64,000 nt of DNA from an uncultured Nitratireductor sp. (GTDB taxonomy: Bacteria > Pseudomonadota > Alphaproteobacteria > Rhizobiales > Rhizobiaceae). The stretch covers positions 1,157 to 65,156 of the forward strand of contig NZ_CAJXGF010000004.1 of the NCBI RefSeq assembly GCF_913053745.1, written 5' to 3'. Shown here piece after piece: positions 1 to 11,461 of the stretch. A program made the translations under genes and the position numbers. The first letter of the stretch is position 1; each line of letters begins with the position of its first letter. Below the pieces are notes generated by a model. The model made no database searches and was not told the DNA's origin. It saw nothing but the letters and a program-made list of their open reading frames with translations.

Positions 1-241
1 AATGCGGGAATCAGGATCGATTCGAAAAAGAGCTGTGCTGTCACGGACGAACGGGCGGCACGTAAGAGCAAGATACCGAAATTGGACGTGACAGGGAGTC
101 CACCTAAGTATCAGGGTTAATCCGGTATTAACGCAGCCGACGCTAGATCACGAATCAGGTTGCGAAATGCCGCGACGGACAGCCGTTGCAGCGGCGGCGA
201 CGGGGTGGCATGGACCCCCGCTCGGTTGGAGAAGGCAAAGC

Positions 242-2242
<2,001 letters not shown>

Positions 2243-2308
2243 GAACTCTGGAGTGGCTTGCCCTCTCGCATCGTCAAGGATTTGCGTGTGAGAGGAAATG
2301 AAAAACTG

Positions 2309-2337
2309 AAAGCCGGGTCTGAGCGCCCGGCTTTTTG
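2309..2337 (+). terminator. Rho-independent terminator after rpoD
   Basis: Hairpin AGCCGGG...CCCGGCT followed by TTTTT. Confidence 0.6.
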
Positions 2338-2380
2338 TGCACAAGGGCGTCTTTCAAAACCCTGCAGGGCAAGGCAGTCG

Positions 2381-3133
2381 ATGACGATTACACATCATGA
2401 TGAAATGAACGGTTTGCGGGAGATTGGGCGTATTGTCGCCAACACCATGCATGCCATGGCGAAAGCCATGGAGCCGGGCATGGCCACCGGAGAACTGGAT
2501 CAGATCGGCGCAGCGTTGCTGGAGCGTGAAGGCGCGCTTTCTGCGCCGCAGACGACCTATGATTTTCCCGGGGCAACCTGCATCAGCGTGAACGAGGAGA
2601 TTGCTCACGGCATTCCCGGCTCAAGGGTGCTTGCCAAAGGCGATCTGGTCAACATCGACGTTTCGGCATCGAAGAACGGTTTCTATGCCGATACCGGTGC
2701 CACGTTCCGATTGGGCGCGGTTAGCCCGGAGCTCGAACAATTGTGCCGGGATGGCAAGCGGGCGATGGAGATCGGCATCGCGCAGGTGCGCAGCAACGGG
2801 CCATTGGCCGGGATCGGAAAGGCTATCGGCCGCTTTGCCGAACGCCGTGGCTACACGCTGATCCAGAACCTGGCCAGCCACGGGGTGGGACGCTCGCTGC
2901 ACGAATATCCCGAGGAGATCGCCACCTGGCCGACGCGCAGCGACAGGCGCCGGATCAACAGGGGGCTAGTCATGACGGTTGAACCGTTCCTGTCCCGTGG
3001 AGGGCTTTGGGCCATGCATGGAGAGGACGATGCATGGACATTGCTAGCCGAGCCCTGCGCTCCGGTGGTGCAGTATGAGCATACGGTCGTGGCAACGGAC
3101 CGGGGGCCGATCGTCGTCACTTTACCTGGCTGA
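2381..3133 (+). CDS. map: Type I methionine aminopeptidase (M24)
   Basis: MTITHHDEMNGLREIG...; motifs CISVNEEIAHGIP, DLVNIDVS, GHGVGRSLHE, MTVEP, QYEHT. The internal ATG at 2381 lies downstream of the rpoD terminator. Confidence 0.9.
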   Translation: MTITHHDEMNGLREIGRIVANTMHAMAKAMEPGMATGELDQIGAALLEREGALSAPQTTYDFPGATCISVNEEIAHGIPGSRVLAKGDLVNIDVSASKNGFYADTGATFRLGAVSPELEQLCRDGKRAMEIGIAQVRSNGPLAGIGKAIGRFAERRGYTLIQNLASHGVGRSLHEYPEEIATWPTRSDRRRINRGLVMTVEPFLSRGGLWAMHGEDDAWTLLAEPCAPVVQYEHTVVATDRGPIVVTLPG

Positions 3134-3184
3134 ACTGGGGCTGCCTGCTTGACAGCGCGTTCGTCTGGATGCTCCACCAGAACG

Positions 3185-3604
3185 ATGAAACAGACGATCC
3201 TGTCCGTCCCCACTGACGGGCCCGGACTTTATGAGTTCACCGGAGAGGCGACGCGTTTCGTGCGCGAGGCTGGGGCCGATGCGGGACTTCTGACCGTTTT
3301 CGTGCGTCACACATCCTGTTCGCTGACCATTCAGGAAAATGCCGATCCGGATGTGAAACGGGATTTGCAAACCTTCTTCGAGCGGCTGGTTCCGCCTTCC
3401 GACGATCCATCCATGTCTTGGCTCGTGCATCGCCTGGAAGGGCCGGACGATATGCCGGCTCATATCAAGGCTGCGCTCACGCAGACGTCCATCGGTATTC
3501 CGGTGATGAGCGGTCAGATGGCGTTGGGCACGTGGCAGGGGCTCTATCTCTTCGAACATCGCATTCATCCGCATCGGCGGGAAGTGGTTCTGCACCTCGC
3601 CTGA
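3185..3604 (+). CDS. YjbQ/UPF0047 family (secondary thiamine-phosphate synthase-like) protein
   Basis: Motifs GLLTVFVRHTSCSLTIQENADPDV, GPDDMPAHIKA, GTWQGLYLFEHR typical of YjbQ. Confidence 0.85.
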   Translation: MKQTILSVPTDGPGLYEFTGEATRFVREAGADAGLLTVFVRHTSCSLTIQENADPDVKRDLQTFFERLVPPSDDPSMSWLVHRLEGPDDMPAHIKAALTQTSIGIPVMSGQMALGTWQGLYLFEHRIHPHRREVVLHLA

Positions 3605-3686
3605 GGGTTTGGCGCGCGTCCGGTTTCGCGGGGATGCGTGTAAGGGTAAAACAACGTAGTGTTGCGGTAACAACGGGAGTAAGCGC

Positions 3687-3980
3687 ATGTCATTCTTGAA
3701 GCGTCTGTTCGGGGGCGGAACGGGCACATCCGAAGCCGGCGAGGGTAAGCCCGTGGGAGACGCGGTGGAGCATAAGGGCTTCACGATCCAGCCGACTCCC
3801 TTCTCCGAGGGCGGGCAGTTTCAGACATCCGCCGTGATCACGAAAGAAGTGGATGGGGCGCTCAAGGAACATCGCCTGGTGCGCGCCGACCGCTTTCCAA
3901 GTGCAGACCTTGCCGCCGAGCAGGCGATCCGCAAGGGGCGTCAGGTTATCGACGAACAGGGTGAGCGGATTTTTGACTGA
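3687..3980 (+). CDS. Small conserved hypothetical protein (often labelled HlyU-like in Rhizobiales)
   Basis: 97-aa ORF MSFLKRLFGGG... in an otherwise empty intergenic slot. The product name is from memory only. Confidence 0.55.
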   Translation: MSFLKRLFGGGTGTSEAGEGKPVGDAVEHKGFTIQPTPFSEGGQFQTSAVITKEVDGALKEHRLVRADRFPSADLAAEQAIRKGRQVIDEQGERIFD

Positions 3981-4106
3981 CCGGACAATTGGGTCGCGGT
4001 CGCATCTCGTTTCAATATGCTCTGCCTTCTTGGAGCCGACTGGACCGTGGGCGAAGGTTCGATCAAACTGGCGCTGAATGGCTCACCGGGCTGAAAGGCT
4101 TTCATA

Positions 4107-4826
4107 TTGACCCTCGCCGCATCTCTTTTTCCTATCTTTTGCTGGGGCTTCTACACGGTCTTTGCCAGTTGGCTGGAAAAACGCCGGCCTTCGCTTTCGA
4201 TCATCATGGGCGCACAGCGTCACCGCTGGGTGCGCAACGCGGTTCGCCGTGAGACCCCGATGGATGCGATTCTGTCGGGCAATCTGATGGGGGCAGTGTC
4301 CTTTTTTGCCTCGACCACCGTGCTGATCATCCTGGCGGTGATCGCGGTGTTCGGCCAGATCAATGCGGTGGTGGAGGCCGTGTCGGTCATGCAGCCCGCG
4401 CTCGACCTTTCGAAGGCCGCCGTCGAGCGGCACCTCGTGTTTTTCCTCGTCATGTTCGTCATGGCGTTTCTGGCCTTCACCCTATCGCTGCGACAGTTCA
4501 ACCATTTCTGCATCATGCTTGGAGCGGCCGACGAGGCCGAGGAAAGCGACCCGGAGGAAATCTACATCATGGCCGCCCTCAATACGATTGCGGCGCGGAA
4601 TTTCAACCAGGGTATTCGGGCCTATTACTTCTCCATCGGCATGATCGCCTGGTTCGTTTCCACATGGGCGGCCATTATCGTCAGCCTCCTGATCTTTGCT
4701 TCTATTCTCTACCGGGAATTTTTCTCGGCGGCACGCGAACTGGTTGCTGGCCTCAAAGTGGAAATCGCCGATCCGGCGCAACCCAAGGAGAAGCCGGTGA
4801 GCCCGGGAACGGCGCACAGGGACTGA
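4107..4826 (+). CDS. DUF599 family membrane protein
   Basis: TTG start with AAAGG upstream. N-terminal TM helix, then RRPSLSIIMGAQRHRWVRNAVRRE and further TM helices, the layout of DUF599. Confidence 0.75.
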   Translation: MTLAASLFPIFCWGFYTVFASWLEKRRPSLSIIMGAQRHRWVRNAVRRETPMDAILSGNLMGAVSFFASTTVLIILAVIAVFGQINAVVEAVSVMQPALDLSKAAVERHLVFFLVMFVMAFLAFTLSLRQFNHFCIMLGAADEAEESDPEEIYIMAALNTIAARNFNQGIRAYYFSIGMIAWFVSTWAAIIVSLLIFASILYREFFSAARELVAGLKVEIADPAQPKEKPVSPGTAHRD

Positions 4827-4837
4827 AAATCCCGCGC

Positions 4838-5434
4838 TCAAGCGCGTGCCGCAAGGCCTTCGATCAGCGCGGCCAGAGCTTGCCCGTGCGCCTTGCTGTC
4901 GCCACCGGCTTCGATTGACAGTGCCGCGCGGTCGAAGGCTGCGGCAAGCAAGCCTGTCAACGCGTCGAGAGGCAGGGGGCGGATCGCACCAACCTGCATG
5001 GCGGCATCGAGTCCTTCGCGCAGGGTGCGATTGCCGTGGCGGCTCTCAATCTCATCCATTCTTGCGCGCCCAAGAACAGCGGGTCCGTCGAGCAGGAGCA
5101 GACGCGTTCGCCCGGGTTCCGACATCGCCTTGAGGTAAACCTGTCCTCCCTCAATCAGCGCTGCCGTCGGGGAGGTCGTGTCGAGGGTGTGGCGCTCGAT
5201 GCTATGGGCCACGATCGTCGCTTCGCGCTCGATCACAGCGGTCATAAGCGCCTGCTTGTCTGCAAAGTGATGATAAAGCGCTCCGCGCGTCACCCCGGCT
5301 GCGCGGACGATCTCCGGGGTTCCCGTTTCGGCATAGGATTTTTCCACGAACAGCCGTCTGGCCGCTTCGATCAGTTTTTCGCGGGTTTCTTCGCTGCGTT
5401 CGCGGTTTGAACGCCGTGTCGAATTATGTTGCAT
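4838..5434 (-). CDS. TetR family transcriptional regulator
   Basis: N-terminal HTH REKLIEAARRLFVEKSYAETGTPEIVRAAGVTRGALYHHFADKQAL. Confidence 0.9.
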   Translation of the reverse strand: MQHNSTRRSNRERSEETREKLIEAARRLFVEKSYAETGTPEIVRAAGVTRGALYHHFADKQALMTAVIEREATIVAHSIERHTLDTTSPTAALIEGGQVYLKAMSEPGRTRLLLLDGPAVLGRARMDEIESRHGNRTLREGLDAAMQVGAIRPLPLDALTGLLAAAFDRAALSIEAGGDSKAHGQALAALIEGLAARA

Positions 5435-5480
5435 ACATGCAGCCTGTATGTTAATTGATGATACATGCAGTCTGTATGTT
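5433..5480. promoter_or_regulatory. Two tandem copies of a 20-bp near-palindromic operator (probable TetR site)
   Basis: ATACATGCAGCCTGTATGTT (5433-5452) and ATACATGCAGTCTGTATGTT (5461-5480). Each has half-sites ACATGCAG/CTGTATGT. They lie between the divergent TetR and VOC genes. Confidence 0.5.
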
Positions 5481-5672
5481 TTAGAGCGTTAGACGGTGAT
5501 TGCAACCGCTTCGCTGGCAGCGAGTGTAAAAACAGCCGATTGCGATGAATGTGCCGGGCCGGTTTGTCTTGTCCGGAATAGAAGCAGGTCCGACCGACCT
5601 TCGTTTTATGCAGCACAGATTGGAAGCCGGATATCCGTGTTTCCTGGGAGCGTCTTAAAAGGAGAGATCCCG

Positions 5673-6098
5673 ATGAAAGTCACCAGCTACTACCCCGTGA
5701 TCATGACCGGTAAAGTTGCCGAGACGGCGGCGTTCTACTGCAATCATTTCGGTTTTCAGCCCGCTTTCGAGGCGGATTGGTATGTTCATCTTCAGTCCAA
5801 GGAAGACCCGAGCGTCAATCTCGCCATCCTCGACGGAACGCACGAAACAGTTCCCGAGGCCGGGCGCGGTCAAGTTTCCGGCCTGATCCTCAACTTCGAG
5901 GTCGAGGATCCGGATGCCGAATATGATCGGCTGAAAGGAGCGGGGCTTCCGATATTGCTGGAACTGCGAGACGAAGCCTTCGGCCAGCGGCATTTCATTA
6001 CCGCCGATCCGAACGGTGTGCTTATCGACGTTATCAAGCCGATCCCGCCATCCGCGGAGTTTGCCGATCAGTATTCGCAGGATGCGGTTCCGCAATAA
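5673..6098 (+). CDS. VOC/glyoxalase family protein
   Basis: ATG preceded by [32 protein letters not shown]...[18 protein letters not shown] is a glyoxalase-fold signature. Confidence 0.85.
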   Translation: MKVTSYYPVIMTGKVAETAAFYCNHFGFQPAFEADWYVHLQSKEDPSVNLAILDGTHETVPEAGRGQVSGLILNFEVEDPDAEYDRLKGAGLPILLELRDEAFGQRHFITADPNGVLIDVIKPIPPSAEFADQYSQDAVPQ

Positions 6099-6157
6099 CC
6101 TTGCAGATAAACCGGACGCCGCGGCGTGATCGCCCCGCGGCGTCCGGTTCGTCGCGA

Positions 6158-6592
6158 TCAACCGTCGACCACTTCGACGACTTCGATATCGAAGATCAGG
6201 TCATGTCCGGCCAGGGGATGGTTGGCATCGACGGTGATTTCATCATCGCCCACGCCGACCACCGTCAGGGAAATTTGATTTCCGTCCTGGGTGGTTGCCT
6301 GAAGATTGGATCCAACCTTGACTTCGAGATCCGGCGGCAGCGCCGTGCGCGGCACAGCCTGAACCTGGTTTTCGTCGCGCGCGCCATAGGCTTCCGCTGC
6401 GGGAATGTTCAATGTGCCGCTGTCGCCCTGCTTCATGCCCTGAATCTGCCGGTCTAGGCCGGGAATAATCTGGCCGCTGCCGACCTTGAACTCGAGCGGC
6501 TCGCGTCCGGCCGAGGAATCAAACTGCGTGCCGTCGGCCAGTTTGCCCGTGTAATGAATGCGCACGACATCGCCGCTTTTGACCTGGCTCAT
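6158..6592 (-). CDS. FKBP-type peptidyl-prolyl cis-trans isomerase (SlyD/SlpA-like)
   Basis: VRIHYTGKLADGTQFDSS...LEFKVGSGQIIPGLD...HPLAGHDLIFDIEVVEV, an FKBP fold with an inserted flap domain. Confidence 0.9.
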   Translation of the reverse strand: MSQVKSGDVVRIHYTGKLADGTQFDSSAGREPLEFKVGSGQIIPGLDRQIQGMKQGDSGTLNIPAAEAYGARDENQVQAVPRTALPPDLEVKVGSNLQATTQDGNQISLTVVGVGDDEITVDANHPLAGHDLIFDIEVVEVVDG

Positions 6593-6733
6593 GTCTGTCT
6601 CTCAATCTTTTTTGTGTGAGAATATGTTGACGCGGCATAGCGCCGAGCGTCGGCGAACGGGGATGTGGCGTTGCCTTTCATCCCTTGCCCACACAGCCTA
6701 GTGGGTCGCAAGCGGCCCTGTAAAGCGATTGAG

Positions 6734-6769
6734 GAAAAACGGCCGGGGACGGTTTCGGTCCCCGGCCGT
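6734..6769 (-). terminator. Strong minus-strand rho-independent terminator with no adjacent stop codon
   Basis: Minus strand reads ACGGCCGGGGAC-CGAAAC-GTCCCCGGCCGT followed by TTTTT. It lies about 217 nt downstream of the stop at 6987. Confidence 0.5.
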
Positions 6770-6986
6770 CCGCAGCGGCGAAAAATGGCCCCTGGGCTTG
6801 GGGAGCACCTGGGGTGGGGCCAGCCGCCGCGAAGCGATATGGGCACATCAAAGGATGCAGGTATTCGACGGATCCGAAGAGACAGGGCGTTCCGCGCTGA
6901 GAATGTGGGGCATCCTTATCGGGATGCCTTGCGATGACAGGCGGTTCCTGAAACTCAGGATTGTCGATCCGCACCTCCTTTTGTGG

Positions 6987-7406
6987 TTATTTGCCAACGA
7001 TGGCCCAGCGCACGCCGAACGGATCGCACACTTCGCCGTAGCGGTCGCCCCAGAACATGCGTTCCAAAGGCACCGTCACTTCCACGCCGGAACCGATGGC
7101 GCGCGCCCACCAACCGTCGACATCCTCAACGGCGAGGGTCAGTGTGTATCCTGCATGTTCGCGCAAGGGCTGACCGTACTCCGGATAGGCATCGCACAGC
7201 ATGATCGAGCCGCCATGGATATAGAGGTGGATATGCATGGTGCGGCCGTTCTCGTCTTCCGGTTGTCGGAAAACCTCTTCGGCAGCGAAGGCCTGTTTGT
7301 AGAATTCAGCGGCTTTCGAGGCACCCTCCACAGTGAGATAGGGGACGACGCCTCCAAGAACCTTGGGCATTTCCTGTTGGTCGGTATCAGCATGCGTTTC
7401 GGTCAT
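6987..7406 (-). CDS. VOC family protein (PhnB-like)
   Basis: VVPYLTVEGASKAAEFYKQAFAAEEV...FWGDRYGEVCDPFGVRWAI, typical of PhnB/glyoxalase-like proteins. Confidence 0.85.
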   Translation of the reverse strand: MTETHADTDQQEMPKVLGGVVPYLTVEGASKAAEFYKQAFAAEEVFRQPEDENGRTMHIHLYIHGGSIMLCDAYPEYGQPLREHAGYTLTLAVEDVDGWWARAIGSGVEVTVPLERMFWGDRYGEVCDPFGVRWAIVGK

Positions 7407-7522
7407 ATTCCTGCTCCTTCATGACAAGGCCCGGTGTCGGGTCTTGTCATGAAGACGAATCTGGCGGTGCATCTCCGACAGGGTCGGTCATTTTAAGTGC
7501 GATCCGCGCATTGCGGGGAAGG

Positions 7523-9067
7523 CTACTCTGCCGGCGCCAATGTGCCGTCCTCCGGTTCCTGCAGCCCGACTCTGCGCAACATGACCGCAGCGACGAAGGC
7601 TGCGACCAGGGAGATCACGGCGCAAACGACGGAGGCGACGACCAAACCGTTGGAAAATGCCAACCTGGCGTTCTCGACGAGCATGGTTGCGCTTTCGGTC
7701 GGCAGGTCCTGAGCGACGGTCAAAGCGCCGCCCAGTGTGTCGCGCACGGCCTCGTAGGCGGGACCGGATTGAGGGGTTGCGGCCATGCCTGTTCTGTAGA
7801 TGGCCGTCACAACGCTGCCCAGAACGGCGATGCCAAGCGCGCCTCCCAATTCCGTGCAGGTTTCGGCGATTGCCGATGCCGCGCCGGCGCGCTCCGGTGT
7901 CACCGTGCCGACGACGAGATCGGTGGTCAGCGTAAAGACCGGCGCAAGCCCGATCGAAAACACGGTGAAGGCAATGATCATTGCAACAAGGTCGGTGGTT
8001 TGGGCGGCCCACGCAACGAGGCCGAAGCCGATTGCGGCCAGTATCAAACCAGCTGCCATCAGGAACGGCGGGCGAATGCTTTGTGCGAGCAACGGGGTGA
8101 TCATCGATCCGGCAATGAAGGCGATGCCGGACGGCAATGACCACAAGCCAGCGGCGAGCGGTGAGAGGCCAAGCACCAATTGCAGGAACTGGGCGATGAA
8201 CAGGAACGAACCGAAAGCGATGAAAAAGGCCATCAGGTTCACGAGAAGCGAGGCACTGAAGGCAGGCTTGGCGAACAGGCTTATGTCGATCAGTGGATCG
8301 GCGAGCCTGCGCTGGCGCAGCATGAACAAGATGCCGATCGCCATGCCGGCACCGATTGCCACGGCCGCTTCACCGGAAAGGCCGATCTCGGCAATGTGCT
8401 TGATGCCGTAGATGATTGCGAGGATCGCGGCGAGCGACAGAGCAGCACTCATCAGATCGAGCCTGCCTGCATCGGGATCGCGAAATTCCGGCAGCAGCGC
8501 CGGTCCGATCAGCAACAAAAGCAGCATGATCGGAACGGCGATGAGGAAGACGGAGCCCCACCAGAAATAGGCCAGCAGCACCCCGCCCACCAAGGGACCG
8601 ATGGCGGCGCCGGCGGAGAAACTGGCGATCCAGACACCGATGGCAAAAGTGCGCTGTGCGGGGTCATGAAACATGTTGCGCAGGAGCGAGAGTGTCGACG
8701 GCGCAAGCGTGGCGGCGGCAAGGCCGAGCAGCGCGCGCGACGCGATCAGCATGGCGGGCGTTGTGGAAAAGGCCGCGAGTATCGAGGCAAGCCCGAAGGC
8801 GGTTGCGCCGATCAGCAGAAGTTTTCGCCGTCCGATACGGTCGCCGAGCGTTCCCATAGTGATGAGGGCGCCGGCCAGCAAAAAGCCGTATATGTCGACA
8901 ATCCAGAGCAGCTCCGCACCGCTCGGTTTCAGATCGGCGCTCAGATGGGGTACCGCCAGATTCAGCACGGTCATGTCCATCGAGTAAAGCATGCATGGCA
9001 GAGCGAGCACGGCGAGCCCGATCCATTCGCGCCGTCCAGCGCGCCGCGTTTCGGTTGAAGCAAGCAT
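7523..9067 (-). CDS. MFS transporter, DHA2 (EmrB/QacA-like, 14-TMS) family
   Basis: Start MLASTETRR with AAAGGA Shine-Dalgarno. Motifs GTLGDRIGRRKLLLIG and LLGLAAATLAPSTLSLL, with many TM helices. Confidence 0.9.
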   Translation of the reverse strand: MLASTETRRAGRREWIGLAVLALPCMLYSMDMTVLNLAVPHLSADLKPSGAELLWIVDIYGFLLAGALITMGTLGDRIGRRKLLLIGATAFGLASILAAFSTTPAMLIASRALLGLAAATLAPSTLSLLRNMFHDPAQRTFAIGVWIASFSAGAAIGPLVGGVLLAYFWWGSVFLIAVPIMLLLLLIGPALLPEFRDPDAGRLDLMSAALSLAAILAIIYGIKHIAEIGLSGEAAVAIGAGMAIGILFMLRQRRLADPLIDISLFAKPAFSASLLVNLMAFFIAFGSFLFIAQFLQLVLGLSPLAAGLWSLPSGIAFIAGSMITPLLAQSIRPPFLMAAGLILAAIGFGLVAWAAQTTDLVAMIIAFTVFSIGLAPVFTLTTDLVVGTVTPERAGAASAIAETCTELGGALGIAVLGSVVTAIYRTGMAATPQSGPAYEAVRDTLGGALTVAQDLPTESATMLVENARLAFSNGLVVASVVCAVISLVAAFVAAVMLRRVGLQEPEDGTLAPAE

Positions 9068-9214
9068 AACATTATCCTTTCGTCCCGGCGGCAGCGCCAC
9101 GCGGCGTTCGGGGATCGATTGTGGAGAGTCAAACTGAGCCAGACATGGATGCGACGTCGGCACATTGCCACATCGCAACTGACGACCTGGTGTCAGGATG
9201 CCTCGGAATCAGGG

Positions 9215-9568
9215 TTACGCGTCATCGGGGGCGACCGCACGCAGTTCGATCGAGCCATAGGCTGCGCATGGAATCCTGCCGGCGATTTCGCGGGCGCGCT
9301 CCAAGCTCTCTGCCTCGACCAGAATGAAGCCCATGAGTTGTTCCTTGGTTTCGGCATAGGGTCCATCGACCGAGATCACCTTGCCACCGCGGCTGCGCAG
9401 ATAGAGCGCTTCGGCGGTTGGATGCAGGGCATGGGCGACGACCATGTTGCCGGATGCCGTCAATTCTTCGTCGTAGGCCGAGGAATCGCGTACCAGTTTC
9501 TGCATCTCCGCCACCGGGAGCGCGTCGAGAACGGCTTCGCTGACGTGAACAAAACAAACATATCGCAT
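9215..9568 (-). CDS. YciI family protein
   Basis: DGPYAETKEQLMGFILVEAESLERAREIA motif. Confidence 0.85.
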   Translation of the reverse strand: MRYVCFVHVSEAVLDALPVAEMQKLVRDSSAYDEELTASGNMVVAHALHPTAEALYLRSRGGKVISVDGPYAETKEQLMGFILVEAESLERAREIAGRIPCAAYGSIELRAVAPDDA

Positions 9569-9650
9569 TGGGTCACTCCTTCTTGAAAAGGCGCCTATCG
9601 GCGCCGACGCTCAGAGGACGTGGGCCCGGACATCTTACCGACAAAAATAA

Positions 9651-10904
9651 TCAGACGGCTTTGGCGTTTGCGGAAAGTTTGTCGAGATGCTGGCGGATAT
9701 GGGCGGCCTCCGCTGGTGTGCGGGCAAGCGCAATGGCGCGGCCGAAGGCTTCGCGTGCTTCCTCCGCACGTCCGATCTGGCTCAAATAGGCGCCGCGCAC
9801 GCCATGGAAATAGAAATAACCGGACAAGCACTCCGCCAACGGTGCGATCAATTGCAATGCGGCCTCCGGCCCTCTGATTTTGGAGACAGCGACAGAGCGG
9901 TTCAGCGTGATGACGGGAGAGGGCGTCTGGCTTTCGAGCATCTGGTAGAGAAGGTCGATCTCTTCCCAGTCGGTTTCCTCCGATGTGCGGGCGCGGGCAT
10001 GAAGCGCTGCAATTGCCGCCTGAACCTGATAGGGGCCGGGCTGGCCATGGCGCAGGGCCTTCTCCACCAGGGCGAGGCCCTCATCGATGCCGGTCCGGTT
10101 CCAAAGCGCGCGGTCCTGTTCCTCAAGCAAAACGGCGTTGCCGTCCGCATCGGTGCGTGCCGGGCTGCGGGCGTGTTGAAGAAGCATGAGAGCGAGAAGG
10201 CCCATGATCTCCGGTTCGGAGGGAAAGAGCCTGAGCAGCAGACGAACAAGGCGGATCGCCTCGTCACAGAGCGAGGCGCGCACCACCTCGGCACCGCTGG
10301 TTGCCGAATAACCTTCGTTGAAGACGAGATAAACCATCGCTGCAACCGCGCCTAGCCGTTTCGATCGTTCGACGGCATCGGGCGCGGCAAAGGGCACATC
10401 GGCTTCCGCCACCCGGCGCTTTGCCCGTGTGATGCGTTGTTCCATAGCCTTTTCGCCGACCAGAAAGGCACTGGCGATCTCACGCACACTGAGGCCGGAG
10501 ACGATGCGCAGCGCCAATGCCACTTGCTGGGTTGCCGGCAGGTCGGGATGGCAACACACGAACATCAGCCGAAGAATATCGTCGCGATAATGTGCGTCGT
10601 CCAGCCGTTCCGCCATGTCGGTCTCGACGTCTTCGAGGTCCGAGATGCTTTCTTCCGCCGGCAACGCGGTGTTGCGGCTGTCACGCCTCACATTGTCGAG
10701 CGCGGCGTTGCGGCCGACGAAGATCAGCCAGGCCGTGGGGTCGCGCGGTGGCCCCTTGACCGGCCAGTTTTTCAGAGCCCGCAGACAGGCTTCCTGAAAG
10801 GCCTCCTCAGCCCGATCGAGGTCGCGGAAATAACGCAGGAGCGCACCCATCGCTTGCGGACGCGCGCCGGTGAGCGCGTTCTCGATCCAGGCCAGCTCGG
10901 TCAT
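9651..10904 (-). CDS. ECF-like RNA polymerase sigma factor with C-terminal TPR-like extension (COG4941 type)
   Basis: Sigma region 2 (EEAFQEACLRALKNWP...PTAWLIFVGRNAALD) and region 4 (LRIVSGLSVREIASAFLVGEKAMEQRITRAKRRV) are followed by a ~230-aa helical C-terminal domain. The start overlaps the upstream YciI stop (ATGA). Confidence 0.85.
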   Translation of the reverse strand: MTELAWIENALTGARPQAMGALLRYFRDLDRAEEAFQEACLRALKNWPVKGPPRDPTAWLIFVGRNAALDNVRRDSRNTALPAEESISDLEDVETDMAERLDDAHYRDDILRLMFVCCHPDLPATQQVALALRIVSGLSVREIASAFLVGEKAMEQRITRAKRRVAEADVPFAAPDAVERSKRLGAVAAMVYLVFNEGYSATSGAEVVRASLCDEAIRLVRLLLRLFPSEPEIMGLLALMLLQHARSPARTDADGNAVLLEEQDRALWNRTGIDEGLALVEKALRHGQPGPYQVQAAIAALHARARTSEETDWEEIDLLYQMLESQTPSPVITLNRSVAVSKIRGPEAALQLIAPLAECLSGYFYFHGVRGAYLSQIGRAEEAREAFGRAIALARTPAEAAHIRQHLDKLSANAKAV

Positions 10905-11287
10905 GATGCGGCGGTTTCCTTTCCGGACAGATTGCCCTTTTCAATGATTTGTATAGGGCGGATTTCGAAGGTCACGTTCTCGCCTTCCTTCATACGTTTG
11001 GCGAAATCGACAACCTCGTCGAGATTGTCGCAATCGACGACATAGAACCCGAGGAGCTGTTCCTTGGTCTCGGCGAAAGGACCGTCGAGAACGAGCTGCT
11101 CGTTGCCCGAGGAGCGGATTGTCGTTGCGGCGGAAGTGGGCATGAGCCGGATTGCGGGCCCCATACGCCCCGTGTCTACGAGCTCCTTCTGGACCCGCCG
11201 ACGCTTCGCGAGCACCGCGTCGTCCTCTTCCTTGGACCAGGACATGACCACGTCTTCATTGTGGTAGCAGAGAATTGCGTAAAGCAT
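10901..11287 (-). CDS. YciI family protein
   Basis: [13 protein letters not shown]...[29 protein letters not shown]. Confidence 0.85.
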   Translation of the reverse strand: MLYAILCYHNEDVVMSWSKEEDDAVLAKRRRVQKELVDTGRMGPAIRLMPTSAATTIRSSGNEQLVLDGPFAETKEQLLGFYVVDCDNLDEVVDFAKRMKEGENVTFEIRPIQIIEKGNLSGKETAAS

Positions 11288-11461
11288 TCCGGTTCCTTTC
11301 TCGATTGGAAGACGGCGAAGCTTGCCGCATTCCGACACAATGCGTCGAGAAAATTCTGGATCCGATGGCGCCGAACCATCCACCGGAATATTGTCGGGGA
11401 AACTTCCTACCGGCGTTCAATCCTGATAGCTGAAAGCCGCGTCACAAACCGAGAGCCAGCC

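Noticed and set aside
1-120. Possible 3' end of an upstream gene (for example dnaG) in frame 1, ending at the TAA at 118-120
   Set aside because: Only 39 codons are visible and they contain no recognisable motif, so it cannot be supported from the window.
167-241. N-terminal extension of rpoD from the ATG at 167
   Set aside because: The extension ([25 protein letters not shown]) is non-conserved-looking. A GGAGAAGG Shine-Dalgarno precedes the ATG at 242, which gives the canonical MATKEKEE start.
10949-11461. Upstream 171 codons of the 405-aa ORF that contains pyrE
   Set aside because: This part is antisense to the YciI gene and has no PRTase similarity. pyrE starts at MFANTF (11462).
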